Of a stretch of 64,000 nt of DNA, positions 41,446-51,300 are shown in pieces. How positions within the stretch are numbered: position 1 is the stretch's first letter; each line of letters starts with the position of its first letter. Both the position numbers and the translations under genes were made by a program. The notes under the pieces were generated by a model. It did not search any database, was not told the DNA's origin, and was given only the letters and a program-made list of their open reading frames with translations. This DNA is from Nostoc carneum NIES-2107. GTDB lineage: Bacteria > Cyanobacteriota > Cyanobacteriia > Cyanobacteriales > Nostocaceae. The stretch is from NCBI GenBank assembly GCA_002368155.1, contig AP018180.1:4199380-4263379 (forward strand), written 5' to 3'.

Positions 41446-42599
41446 TTACCCAACGACATACAAATTGCATCATTCTGCGGGGTATGGATGCGGCTGCATA
41501 GAACGTCACGATAGTATCTTTCTAAAGGGTTATGGCGTGATAAACCAGGATTACCAATTAGTTCTAGTCCTGTTTCAACGGCGCGAATGGCGTTACTTGT
41601 AGTGATGTATTTTACGGAGTGCGCCTGTAATGCTACGGTGTTATCATACTCAGCGCGGTCGATATCGTGGGCTAAACCGTAAATTAGGCGATCGCTTGCG
41701 TAGAGTAAAGCTTCTATTTCACCCATCGCAGTTTGAAAGCGAGGTAGAGTGGCTAAACTAGCTCCTAAGTTAGAAGGCGATCGCTCATTTAAATAACCTA
41801 CTAACCAATCACGGGCGGCTTTGGCTACACCTTGATACAAAGCACTCAGCCACAGGCTATTACCAGCTAATTGCAGGGGGTCTGCTAATGACCAAGCTGA
41901 CAATGGACGAATATCTAAAGCGTATTCTAAAGGAATCAAGACATTTTCTATAATTAGGTCGTGGCTACCAGTAGCCCGCATTCCCAAATGATCCCAAGTC
42001 TCTGCAATTCTTACACCAGGCACATCACGAGGTACGAGAAAATTCCCTACTCGCGGTTCTGGCTCTGTGGTACGCGCCCAAACAACGAAGTAGCTTAAAA
42101 TTGGGCTACCTGTAGTGTATATTTTATGACCATTTAACAGCCAACCATCTGGGGTTTGTTGGGCTGTGCTTGCAGGTAATCCACCCCTCGCTGGTGTACC
42201 TAATTCTGGTTCGACACGGGCAGCATTTAATAAAGCAATACCTGCCACCGATTCCCGACACAACCGTTGATAAATCTCATCTGGCCAGCGACGCGAACGG
42301 CTAGCATTAGCGTGTTGGAGATAATGCATCGTCAACACTAAAGCCGTAGCAGCATCCCCAGTAGCTATAGTTTCAATCACCCGACTGACAGCAGCATATC
42401 CTAAAGCCTGTCCGCCGAACTCTTTAGGAACAGTCAAATTCAAAAGCTGCGCTTGCTGGAGAGCAGTAAAATTCTCAAATGGAAAAGAACCATCGCGATC
42501 GTGAACTGCAGCGCGAGTAGCAAAGTCAGCAGCCAGAGAAGCCACACGCTCAAATAAATCGGTGCTAGGTGTCACTGGAGATGTATTAAGTTTGACCAT
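41424..42599 (-). CDS. Acyl-CoA dehydrogenase-fold flavoprotein, SfnB/DszC-like sulfur-acquisition oxidoreductase
   Basis: Acyl-CoA dehydrogenase-like architecture and size. Sits next to ssuDE. Confidence 0.6.
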   Translation of the reverse strand: MVKLNTSPVTPSTDLFERVASLAADFATRAAVHDRDGSFPFENFTALQQAQLLNLTVPKEFGGQALGYAAVSRVIETIATGDAATALVLTMHYLQHANASRSRRWPDEIYQRLCRESVAGIALLNAARVEPELGTPARGGLPASTAQQTPDGWLLNGHKIYTTGSPILSYFVVWARTTEPEPRVGNFLVPRDVPGVRIAETWDHLGMRATGSHDLIIENVLIPLEYALDIRPLSAWSLADPLQLAGNSLWLSALYQGVAKAARDWLVGYLNERSPSNLGASLATLPRFQTAMGEIEALLYASDRLIYGLAHDIDRAEYDNTVALQAHSVKYITTSNAIRAVETGLELIGNPGLSRHNPLERYYRDVLCSRIHTPQNDAICMSLGKRALGNG

Positions 42600-42654
42600 A
42601 TTTACTTCTTCTGCGTTTACAAAGTACAGCAGGGCGGCAATTTATTTATTGTCA

Positions 42655-42790
42655 TATAAATGGGGATTGGGGATTAGGGACTGGGGACTGGGTGAAAGAG
42701 ATGAGAGAGATGAGGGGGATGAGGAGGCACGGAGAAATATCTATTACCAATTACCCAATGCCCAATGCCCCATGCCCAATGCCCCTTATA
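42655..42790. repeat. STRR block (GGGGATT/GGGGACT ... CCAATTA/CCAATGC)
   Basis: Tandem heptamers visible directly. Confidence 0.85.
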
Positions 42791-42881
42791 ATTCTGCCAA
42801 TAGAAGTAACAATCGAGGTAGAGGTAATCACAGAAAGCTTTCACTAGAGTAGAAGCACTAAAGTAACCTAAAAGATTTGCA

Positions 42882-43568
42882 ATGGCATACCAAGGTGTAA
42901 TTCTAGATGTAGATGGGACACTGGTTCTCAGTAATAATGCTCATGCTGAAGCTTGGGTAGAAGCATTTGCAGAATTTGGCTATGAGGTAAAGTTTACACA
43001 AGTCCGGCCGTTAATTGGCATGGGAGGCGACCAGATTATTCCTAAATTTGTGCCAGGGCTTTCGGATGAACAAGGTAAAGGTAAGCAAATTGCCGATAAA
43101 CGCAAAGAACTAATCATTAACAAGTTTAGTAAAGAGCTGACTCCTACCAATGGTGCTCGGGAACTCATCTTGAAAATGCAATCTGTGGGATTACGCCTGA
43201 TTATCGCTAGTTCAGCCAGCAGTCAAGAACTTTCGGTATTGCTGAAAGCAGCACACATTGACGACTTACTCAGTCAAGATGAAGCCACAACATCTAACGA
43301 TGCTGAATCTTCTAAACCAGATCCAGATATTGTGCAAGCGGCTTTGGATAGGTTGAACATTCCCCCATCCCAGGTAGTAATGCTGGGTGATACTCCTTAT
43401 GATATTGAGTCGGCAAATAAAGCTGGTATTGATGTGATTGCGCTGCGTTGCGGTGGCTTTGATGATCGTCAATTAGAAAATGCGATCGCTATTTACAATG
43501 ACCCAGCTGAGTTGTTAACAAACTTTGATAGTTCACCTTTAGCCATTCAAGCAATTACAACAGCATAG
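42882..43568 (+). CDS. HAD-superfamily hydrolase (subfamily IA, phosphatase-like)
   Basis: DVDGTL motif I; LGDTPYDIESANKAGI motif III/IV. Confidence 0.75.
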   Translation: MAYQGVILDVDGTLVLSNNAHAEAWVEAFAEFGYEVKFTQVRPLIGMGGDQIIPKFVPGLSDEQGKGKQIADKRKELIINKFSKELTPTNGARELILKMQSVGLRLIIASSASSQELSVLLKAAHIDDLLSQDEATTSNDAESSKPDPDIVQAALDRLNIPPSQVVMLGDTPYDIESANKAGIDVIALRCGGFDDRQLENAIAIYNDPAELLTNFDSSPLAIQAITTA

Positions 43569-43729
43569 TATCAATTCAAAATTAACAAAGCCAAATTTCC
43601 ATTGGTGAATTGGGATTACTATAAGGGAACTCCAAAAAATAAATTATTCCGTTCAAGTCGTTGACTGTTGACTGTTGACAGTTAACAATAGCAATGGAAT
43701 ATTTTTTTACTTGGAAGTCCTGCTTGTTG

Positions 43730-43749
43730 AGACGCGATTAATCGCGTCT
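43730..43749. terminator. Perfect 20-bp palindrome AGACGCGATTAATCGCGTCT (hairpin; copy 1 of a dispersed element)
   Basis: Perfect inverted repeat in the convergent intergenic region between the HAD gene (+) and the deaminase gene (-). Confidence 0.4.
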
Positions 43750-43830
43750 TAAGTTTGCTATACCCTGGTGATGACGCTAGCAATAATTTATGATTTTTTG
43801 AATTCGCGTACCAGATGTTGAGCTTGGTAT

Positions 43831-44256
43831 TTACTTAAATAATGCCAAGCATTCTGTTTTTAAAACCCCTGTAATCACATTGATGTTTCTAAATGATTTA
43901 GCAATCACCTCTTCACAAGAAATCTCAATTTGTGATTGATTGATGGAAATTAAATCTTGAATTGAAGCACCATAAATAATCTCAGAGATACCCGTCCAAA
44001 CACAAGCCGTTGCACACATAGGACAAGGTTCACCAGTCGTATATATGCTATACCCTGTCAAAGAAGGATTTTGAATTTTAGCTGTTAAACTACGAATAAC
44101 ATTGATTTCTGCATGAGCAGATGGATCGTTATCTCGTCTTACAGTATTATGACCTACGGCAACAACTTCGTTATCTTTCACAATTACTGCGCCATAAGGT
44201 GCATCACCTTTTTTTGCTTCTGCGATCGCTAGCCGCATAAAATATTCACGATCCAT
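43831..44256 (-). CDS. CMP/dCMP-type zinc nucleoside deaminase (guanine deaminase / TadA-like)
   Basis: HAE...PCPMC zinc-binding signature (SAHAEINVI; GEPCPMCATAC). Confidence 0.75.
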   Translation of the reverse strand: MDREYFMRLAIAEAKKGDAPYGAVIVKDNEVVAVGHNTVRRDNDPSAHAEINVIRSLTAKIQNPSLTGYSIYTTGEPCPMCATACVWTGISEIIYGASIQDLISINQSQIEISCEEVIAKSFRNINVITGVLKTECLALFK

Positions 44257-44347
44257 ATTCCTGAAGGAGTTGAAAAAGATACTTGCTAAGAATATCGCAT
44301 TTTAAATGTTGTTTCTACGAAATACTGAAAAATAGTTAGGGTTAAAT

Positions 44348-45139
44348 ATGTTACTTAGTAGAGAAAAAGCCGAATTCTATTTAACAGACATAGAAACACC
44401 ACTGGGACAAATAATTAACTTAACTATTGCCGGATTGGTTCTTTTGTCTTCAGGAATTTTCGTAGCAGAAACTTATAATATTCCTGATTCTCTCCGGTGC
44501 CAATTACAAATTATTGATACTGCTATATTTATAGTTTTTGCAGTTGAATATGCTATTCGTCTATGGAGTGCGGAAAATAAAGTTAGGTACTTTTTCAGCT
44601 TATATTCCATTATCGACTTAATAGCTATCTTGCCATTTTTTCTAGGAGCCGTAGATTTAAGCTTTATTCGTTTATTAAGATGGTTTCGGATTTTAAGACT
44701 AATCAGGTTTATCGATAAAAGATTTTTCTTTGGTAGTGTGAGTACTGAAGATGGTGTCATATTCGCGCGAATATTATTTACCTTATTTGCGATTATATTT
44801 GTTTACTCTGGCTTAATTTATCAAGTTGAACATCCTGTTAATCCCCAAGGTTTTGCCACTTTTTTAGATGCATTGTATTTTTCGATTGTCACTATGACAA
44901 CTGTAGGTTTTGGGGATGTAACACCCGCTTCTGAATTAGGCCGCTGGTTAACAGTATTGATGATTTTGACAGGTATTGCCCTAATTCCTTGGCAAGTTGG
45001 TGATTTAATTAAGCGATTAGTAAAAACTGCAAACCAAATAGAAGCAAATTGTTCTGGGTGCGGTTTGGCTTACCACGATGCGGATGCTGGGTTTTGTAAA
45101 AGATGCGGAACCAAGTTACCTGTGATGAGGGCTGATTAA
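44348..45139 (+). CDS. Ion-transport family K+ channel (voltage-sensor-like S4 plus a pore with a TTVGFGD filter) and a C-terminal zinc-ribbon
   Basis: S4-like RLLRWFRILRLIRF; selectivity filter TMTTVGFGDV; C-terminal CSGCG...CKRCG. Confidence 0.7.
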   Translation: MLLSREKAEFYLTDIETPLGQIINLTIAGLVLLSSGIFVAETYNIPDSLRCQLQIIDTAIFIVFAVEYAIRLWSAENKVRYFFSLYSIIDLIAILPFFLGAVDLSFIRLLRWFRILRLIRFIDKRFFFGSVSTEDGVIFARILFTLFAIIFVYSGLIYQVEHPVNPQGFATFLDALYFSIVTMTTVGFGDVTPASELGRWLTVLMILTGIALIPWQVGDLIKRLVKTANQIEANCSGCGLAYHDADAGFCKRCGTKLPVMRAD

Positions 45140-45392
45140 TTTGTGTTTGGGGATTGGGGTTTTTCATTCGTCAAAAGTCAAAAGTCAAAATAGCAGTGGT
45201 AGGGTGCGTTATGGAGGAAAACCTGACGCACCGTTGATATTAATATCAAAGTTTTCCGTAAACACGATAACTAGTGTTGTTTATGTATATGGGGCTAATA
45301 TCTCTAGTCCCTTCTGTTCTATAAATTCATGGGTATTCATAATTTTGAATACTCATAAAGACTAGTGGTGTGATGATTTGGAGTAAAACCTT

Positions 45393-46325
45393 ATGGAAGC
45401 CTTGCTACATAACCCAATTGCAGATATGTACGGGCCAAACTTCTTACTGTTGTATGGTATTGTCATTAGCTTGACACTTTTAGGTTGCTGGAAACTTGTA
45501 CAAGATCCGACAACAAATCAACCCTTACCTTTAATCCCTAGCGAACCAGATCCTTATGAAGTTGCTTACTTCCGTGAGGGAGCATTAGAAGTAGTAAAGG
45601 TAGCAATTTTGAGTTTAATTCAAAAGAATTATTTACAGATTACTGGAGAGAAAATTAGCCAAACCTTAGAGCATGGAGATGTATTGCAATTGCATCCTAT
45701 AGAGAGGGAAGTCTTTTTTAGCTATTCAACTACTCCAGAAGCAAAATCTCTCTGGTTAATAGCCTCGAAAGTACAATCATATTGCGATAATTTTGAAGAA
45801 AAACTACGCAATGAGCAACTATTATATGCTCAAGAATGGCAAAGATGGAATTATAAAGTTGGCTTAATTGCAGCCACAATTATTTGCAGTTTAGGTAGTT
45901 ATAAGCTCCTGATTGCCTTAGAGAATAACCATCATAATGTCAACCTGCTCATATATATGGCTGTCATATCGATAATGTGTATTTTATGGCTTAGCCGGAT
46001 GCGATCGCGTCTTAGCTATCGAGGACAAGCTTACCTCAAACAACTCCAAGATACATTTGCTCAATTGAAGACCAAGGCAAAGAATTCTAGCTTCCTTTCA
46101 GTATTTAATTACAACTTGCTAGTAGCACTCTTTGGCGTAGAAGCACTCGCTGGTACTGAATACGATTCATACTACAAAGTTTTCTATCCTGCTACATCTA
46201 GAACAAGTAGCCAAAGAAGTAATTCCTCTGATAGTGGTTGCAGTAGTGGAAGTTCCTGCGGTGGTGGGAGTTCCTGCGGTGGCGGTTGCGGCGGTGGCTG
46301 CGGTGGCTGCGGTGGTGGTGATTAA
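45393..46325 (+). CDS. TIGR04222-type polytopic membrane protein with a C-terminal Ser/Cys/Gly-rich tail; candidate substrate of the downstream DUF692 enzyme
   Basis: Several transmembrane helices. C-terminus SRTSSQRSNSSDSGCSSGSSCGGGSSCGGGCGGGCGGCGGGD. The stop lies 6 bp before the DUF692 gene start. Confidence 0.65.
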   Translation: MEALLHNPIADMYGPNFLLLYGIVISLTLLGCWKLVQDPTTNQPLPLIPSEPDPYEVAYFREGALEVVKVAILSLIQKNYLQITGEKISQTLEHGDVLQLHPIEREVFFSYSTTPEAKSLWLIASKVQSYCDNFEEKLRNEQLLYAQEWQRWNYKVGLIAATIICSLGSYKLLIALENNHHNVNLLIYMAVISIMCILWLSRMRSRLSYRGQAYLKQLQDTFAQLKTKAKNSSFLSVFNYNLLVALFGVEALAGTEYDSYYKVFYPATSRTSSQRSNSSDSGCSSGSSCGGGSSCGGGCGGGCGGCGGGD

Positions 46326-46331
46326 GAAATT

Positions 46332-47165
46332 ATGCTATCTCATCTCCCTAATTTAGGTGTGGGGTTAGGCTTTAGAGAGCTATTTAAAAGTGACTTGTTT
46401 CTCAATCGTCAGCCAGTAGACTTTTTGGAAATTGTTGCTGAACATTATTTAGATGCGCCAGTAGCAAAACAGCAGGAATTAGAATTGCTGGCGGCGCATT
46501 TTCCCCTAATTCCCCATGCAATTAATCTGTCTTTGGGTAGCGCTGAAGGTTTGGATAGAGATTATTTAGCTAAACTAGCAGAACTAATTAAGCAGCTTAA
46601 CCCGCCTTGGTGGAGTGAACATCTTAGTTTTACTAAAGCAGGGGGAATTGATATCGGACATTTATCACCGCTACCATATACCCAGGAAGCTGTGGAAGTA
46701 GTTTGTCGCAACATAGCTGAGGTACGTCGCTGGATTGATGTGCCATTAATACTGGAAAATATTACTTATATGGTGGCGCTTCCTGGTGCGGAGATGACAG
46801 AAGCCCAATTTTTAGCAGAAGTTGCAGAACGTGCTGATTGCGGGTTGCTTTTAGATGTGACGAATCTCTACACTAATGCTGTCAACCACGGTTATGATGT
46901 GCAGCAGTTTCTCCAACAATTACCACTAGAACGTATTGTACAGTTGCATTTCGTCGGCGGACATTGGCATGATGGCGTTTTGCTTGATAGCCATTCCCAC
47001 TCAACACCAGTAGAAATTTGGCAACTGATGGATGATGTTGTCGCCAAGTTTCCAGTTAAAGGAATTGTTCTCGAACGAGATGAAAATTTGCCAGCCTTTG
47101 CAGAATTAGTAGCAGAACTGCAACAAGCACGACATATCGCCAGGAGTCATGGTAAATGGGTTTAG
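46332..47165 (+). CDS. DUF692-family multinuclear non-heme iron oxidative enzyme (MNIO; MbnB/TglH-like), TIM-barrel xylose-isomerase-like fold
   Basis: Characteristic N-terminus LGVGLGFR....L......VDFLE...E.Y, ~277 aa. Downstream overlap with a DUF2063 gene. Confidence 0.8.
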   Translation: MLSHLPNLGVGLGFRELFKSDLFLNRQPVDFLEIVAEHYLDAPVAKQQELELLAAHFPLIPHAINLSLGSAEGLDRDYLAKLAELIKQLNPPWWSEHLSFTKAGGIDIGHLSPLPYTQEAVEVVCRNIAEVRRWIDVPLILENITYMVALPGAEMTEAQFLAEVAERADCGLLLDVTNLYTNAVNHGYDVQQFLQQLPLERIVQLHFVGGHWHDGVLLDSHSHSTPVEIWQLMDDVVAKFPVKGIVLERDENLPAFAELVAELQQARHIARSHGKWV

Positions 47166-47737
47166 CACAAACGCAGCAGGTTTTAGCCCAACTGTATACT
47201 AATACTGAATTTAGGAACAGTTTCTTTGTTAACCCAAAAGTCGTTGGTGCAGAATTGGGATTAAGCGATGCCGAAATAGAGAATTTATCTCAACTTGCTG
47301 CCTCACAAGTCAACCTATTTGCCAGTTCTCTTAAGTGGAAGCGATTAAATTTATTGTCAAAATTATTACCTCGTGCAACAAGCGCTCTGGGTAAAAACTT
47401 CAAAACTTTATTTTGGCAGTATGCAGAAACTTATATACCCCAGGGTATCAAGAAACATCGACAAGATGCGATCGCCTTTGCTGACTTTATCGTCAAAACC
47501 TCTCAGTTAGAAGAGTTAGAACCAATTTGGCTGAGTGATTTAGTACGCTACGAACAAGCCTGGCTATTAGCCGAGGAACTAAATCACGGCTTGAAAGTAT
47601 ATTGGTTTCGTTATCCCGTTGACAAACTAGGGACTAGTGACGAGAAAATTGCTCCGCAATTCACAATCGCTGTATGGTGGCGTTTCACGATGCGATCGCC
47701 TCTACATCATACTGTGCAATCGCTATTTATCAAGTAA
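47156..47737 (+). CDS. DUF2063-like partner protein of the MNIO (MbnC/TglI-like)
   Basis: Start overlaps the DUF692 stop (translational coupling). N-terminus TQQVLAQLYTNTEFRNSFFVNP resembles the DUF2063 'putative DNA-binding domain'. Confidence 0.6.
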   Translation: MGLAQTQQVLAQLYTNTEFRNSFFVNPKVVGAELGLSDAEIENLSQLAASQVNLFASSLKWKRLNLLSKLLPRATSALGKNFKTLFWQYAETYIPQGIKKHRQDAIAFADFIVKTSQLEELEPIWLSDLVRYEQAWLLAEELNHGLKVYWFRYPVDKLGTSDEKIAPQFTIAVWWRFTMRSPLHHTVQSLFIK

Positions 47738-48313
47738 AAATGCTGGAATCGGACATTTACTTTAATAAGTAGATTTTAAAGTCTTTATCAAAAATCAGTA
47801 AAACTTCTCTGATTTACACTGATTTTAGCAGCCGAAATATTTCGACTGCTAATTTTTTATTATTACTTTTACGTCGAAATATCATCTATCTAAAGCAGTA
47901 ATTATTCTGATGTTTTCGATTGATAATTGGTTTTTAATCTAAAGAGAATTGGTTAACTCATCACAGTATTTCCGAGAGACTTGGTTAGTTTAAGGAGAAA
48001 ACAAAAGTCTGAGAATTTGTTAAAAAATCGATTCTTTTAAATCTAAGCGCATCGTTAATTCGCTAAACATAGCGACAAGTAAAAGATTGTGTTTGCTAGT
48101 TATTTGATATTTATGGCGGAAAAACTAGAGCTAAAAAATAATTAATCGTTCAGCTTTATTCCCTGTAAATAACAGGAATCATGAAATTTATCATTTGGTT
48201 TACTTCATAAAAGAACCCAACTAAAAATACAGGAACAAGAGTAAAACTGCTGCAATAAATATTGTTAGCAATCAAATTTTATTTTTTTTACCGCTGCTCA
48301 CGAGGATAAGATA

Positions 48314-51300
48314 ATGGTGAAGAAAACAGTTTTTTTAACAAGCAATGCTGATGTTTGGGGAGGCTGGGAAAACGGTATTGAATATGAGGTTTCCGCCTTC
48401 GAGGGTAACGATAAACTGTACGGCTATATTGGCAATGACACTCTAGATGGTGGCGATGGTGACGACCAAATTTATAGCGGTGCTGGAGATGATATTTTAA
48501 TCGGTGGATTAGGCAACGATTTATTAGATGGTGGCGATGGCAATGACATTTTAGATGGTGGATTAGGTGACGATACACTGATTGGTGGCAACGGGGATGA
48601 TATCGTTTTTGGCGGTGATGGTAACGATCAGATTAGCGGTGGTGCTGGGAATGATATCCTCAACGGGGACAACGGTAATGATGTAATTAATGGTGGTGCA
48701 GGATACGACATCATCACTGGCGGTATGGGTAATGACGTGATTGATGGCGGCGATGGCAATGATACCATCTATGGTGGTGATGGGGATGATGGCTGGATAT
48801 TTGGTGGTTTAGGGAATGACAGCATTGATGGCGGAACGGGAAATGACACCATAGATGGTGGCGATGGTAATGATACCCTCACAGGTGGCGATGGTATTGA
48901 CCTACTCATGGGTAATAATGGCAATGATTCCATCTCTGGTGGTGCTGGGAATGACAACATCGATGGTGGAGCAGGCAATGATACCATCTCTGGTGGTGAA
49001 GGCGACGATAGAATTAATGGCGGCGCTGACAATGACACCATCTGGGGCGATATAGGCAATGACTACATTATCGGTGGACTAGGCTTTGACACCATTGCTG
49101 GCGGTATGGGTAATGACACCATTGATGGTGGTGATGGTAATGATGTGATTGCTGGTGGCGATGGTGATGACAGCTGGTTATTCGGTGGTTTAGGGAATGA
49201 CAGCATTGATGGTGGTGCAGGGAACGACACCCTAGATGGTGGCGATGGCGATGATACCTTGAGAGGCGGTGATGGGATTGATGTCCTCACAGGTAATAAT
49301 GGCAATGATGCCATTTCTGGTGGAGAAGGCGACGATAAAATTTATGGCGGCGCAGATAATGACATTATCTGGGGCGATGCTGGTAATGATTACATTAGCG
49401 GTGGTACAGGGAATGACACTATCTATGGCGGTATCGGCAATGATGTGATTGATGGTGGTGATGGCAATGACGTGATTGCGGCTGGTGATGGCGATGATGG
49501 CTGGTTATTTGGCGGTTTAGGGAATGACAACATTGATGGTGGTACAGGTAATGACACCTTAGATGGTGGCGAAGGTGATGATACCCTTACAGGTGGTGAT
49601 GGTATTGACCTACTCATGGGTAATAATGGCAATGATTCCATCTCCGGTGGTGCTGGCAATGACAACATTGATGGTGGAGCAGGTAATGATGTCATCTCTG
49701 GTGGTGAAGGCGACGATAAAATTAATGGCGGCGCTGATAATGACACCATTTGGGGTGATCTTGGTAATGATTACCTCAGCGGTGGTTTAGGTTTTGACAC
49801 CATTTATGGCGGTATCGGCAATGACACTATTGATGGTGGCGATGGCAATGATGTGATTGCTGGTGGCGATGGTGATGACAGCTGGTTATTCGGTGGTTTA
49901 GGGAATGACAGCATTGATGGTGGTTTAGGAAATGACACCCTAGATGGTGGCGATGGCGATGATACCTTGACAGGCGGTGATGGGATTGATGTCCTCACAG
50001 GTAATAATGGCAATGATTTCATTGCTGGTGGAGAAGGCGACGATAAAATTTATGGCGGCGCTGACAACGATACCATCTGGGGCGATGCTGGCAATGATTA
50101 CATTAGCGGTGGTACAGGGAATGACACCATATATGGTGGCATCGGTAATGACGTGATTGATGGTGGTGATGGCAATGATGTGATTGCTGGTGGTGATGGT
50201 GATGATAGCTGGTTGTTCGGTGGTTTAGGTGCAGACAACATCGATGGTGGTGTAGGGAACGATACCCTAGATGGCGGCGAAGGTGATGATACCCTCACAG
50301 GCGGTGATGGTAATGATCTACTCATGGGCAATAATGGCAACGATCTCCTCTCTGGTGGTACTGGCAATGACACCATCTATGGAGGAGACGGGAATGATAC
50401 CATTTGGGCTGATGCTGGCAATGATGTGATTGCTGGTGGTGCCGGAAATGACACCATTGGTGGTGGTGCTGGAATTGACAACATTGATGGTGGCGATGGT
50501 AATGATTTCATTTATGGTGGTGACGGTGATGATGTTTGGTTATTTGGTGGTTTAGGCGCAGACAGGATAGATGGTGGTGCAGGGAACGATACCCTAGATG
50601 GTGGAGAAGGTGATGATACTCTCACAGGTGGTGATGATAATGATGTTCTCCGGGGTGGAAATGGTAATGATGCCCTTTATGGTGAAGCTGGAAATGACAA
50701 CATTGAAGGTGGTTTTGGGCTAGATACCATTGGTGGTGGTGACGGCGACGATAAAATCAATGGCGGCGCTGATGACGATACCATCTGGGGCGATGCTGGT
50801 AATGATTACATTAGTGGTGGAACAGGTAATGACAACATTAGTGGTGGAACAGGTAATGACACCATTAGTGGCGGTGACGGCGATGATAAAATCAATGGTG
50901 GCGCTGATGACGATACCATCTGGGGCGATGCTGGCAATGATTACATTAACGGCGGTACTGGTAATGACATTCTTGCTGGAGGTGCAGGTAATGACATCAT
51001 CGATGGTGGTGATGGTAATGATGTAATTAATGGTGGCGAAGGTGATGATAGTTGGTTATTCGGTGGTTTAGGTAATGACAAAATAGATGGCGACTTGGGG
51101 AATGACACCATTGATGGTGGAGAAGGTGATGATACGCTCCTCGGTGGTGATGGTAATGATATCCTCACTGGTGGCAATGGTAATGATTCCCTCATTGGTG
51201 GTGCTGGGATTAACGTCCTTGATGGGGGTGAAGGCGATGATACCCTCATCGGTGGTGACAGTACTGATGTGATCAAAGCTGGGAATGGTAATGACATCAT

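Noticed and set aside
45141-45365. 74-aa ORF between the K+ channel and the TIGR04222 gene
   Set aside because: Considered as a possible small precursor peptide for the MNIO. However, it overlaps GTCAAAA STRR repeats, has no Cys-rich core (a single Cys), and has poor start context. The Cys-Gly tail of the upstream-adjacent membrane protein is a far better substrate candidate.
48288-48578. 96-aa minus-strand His/Arg-rich ORF overlapping the start of the RTX gene
   Set aside because: Antisense to the RTX N-terminus with low-complexity composition. Spurious.
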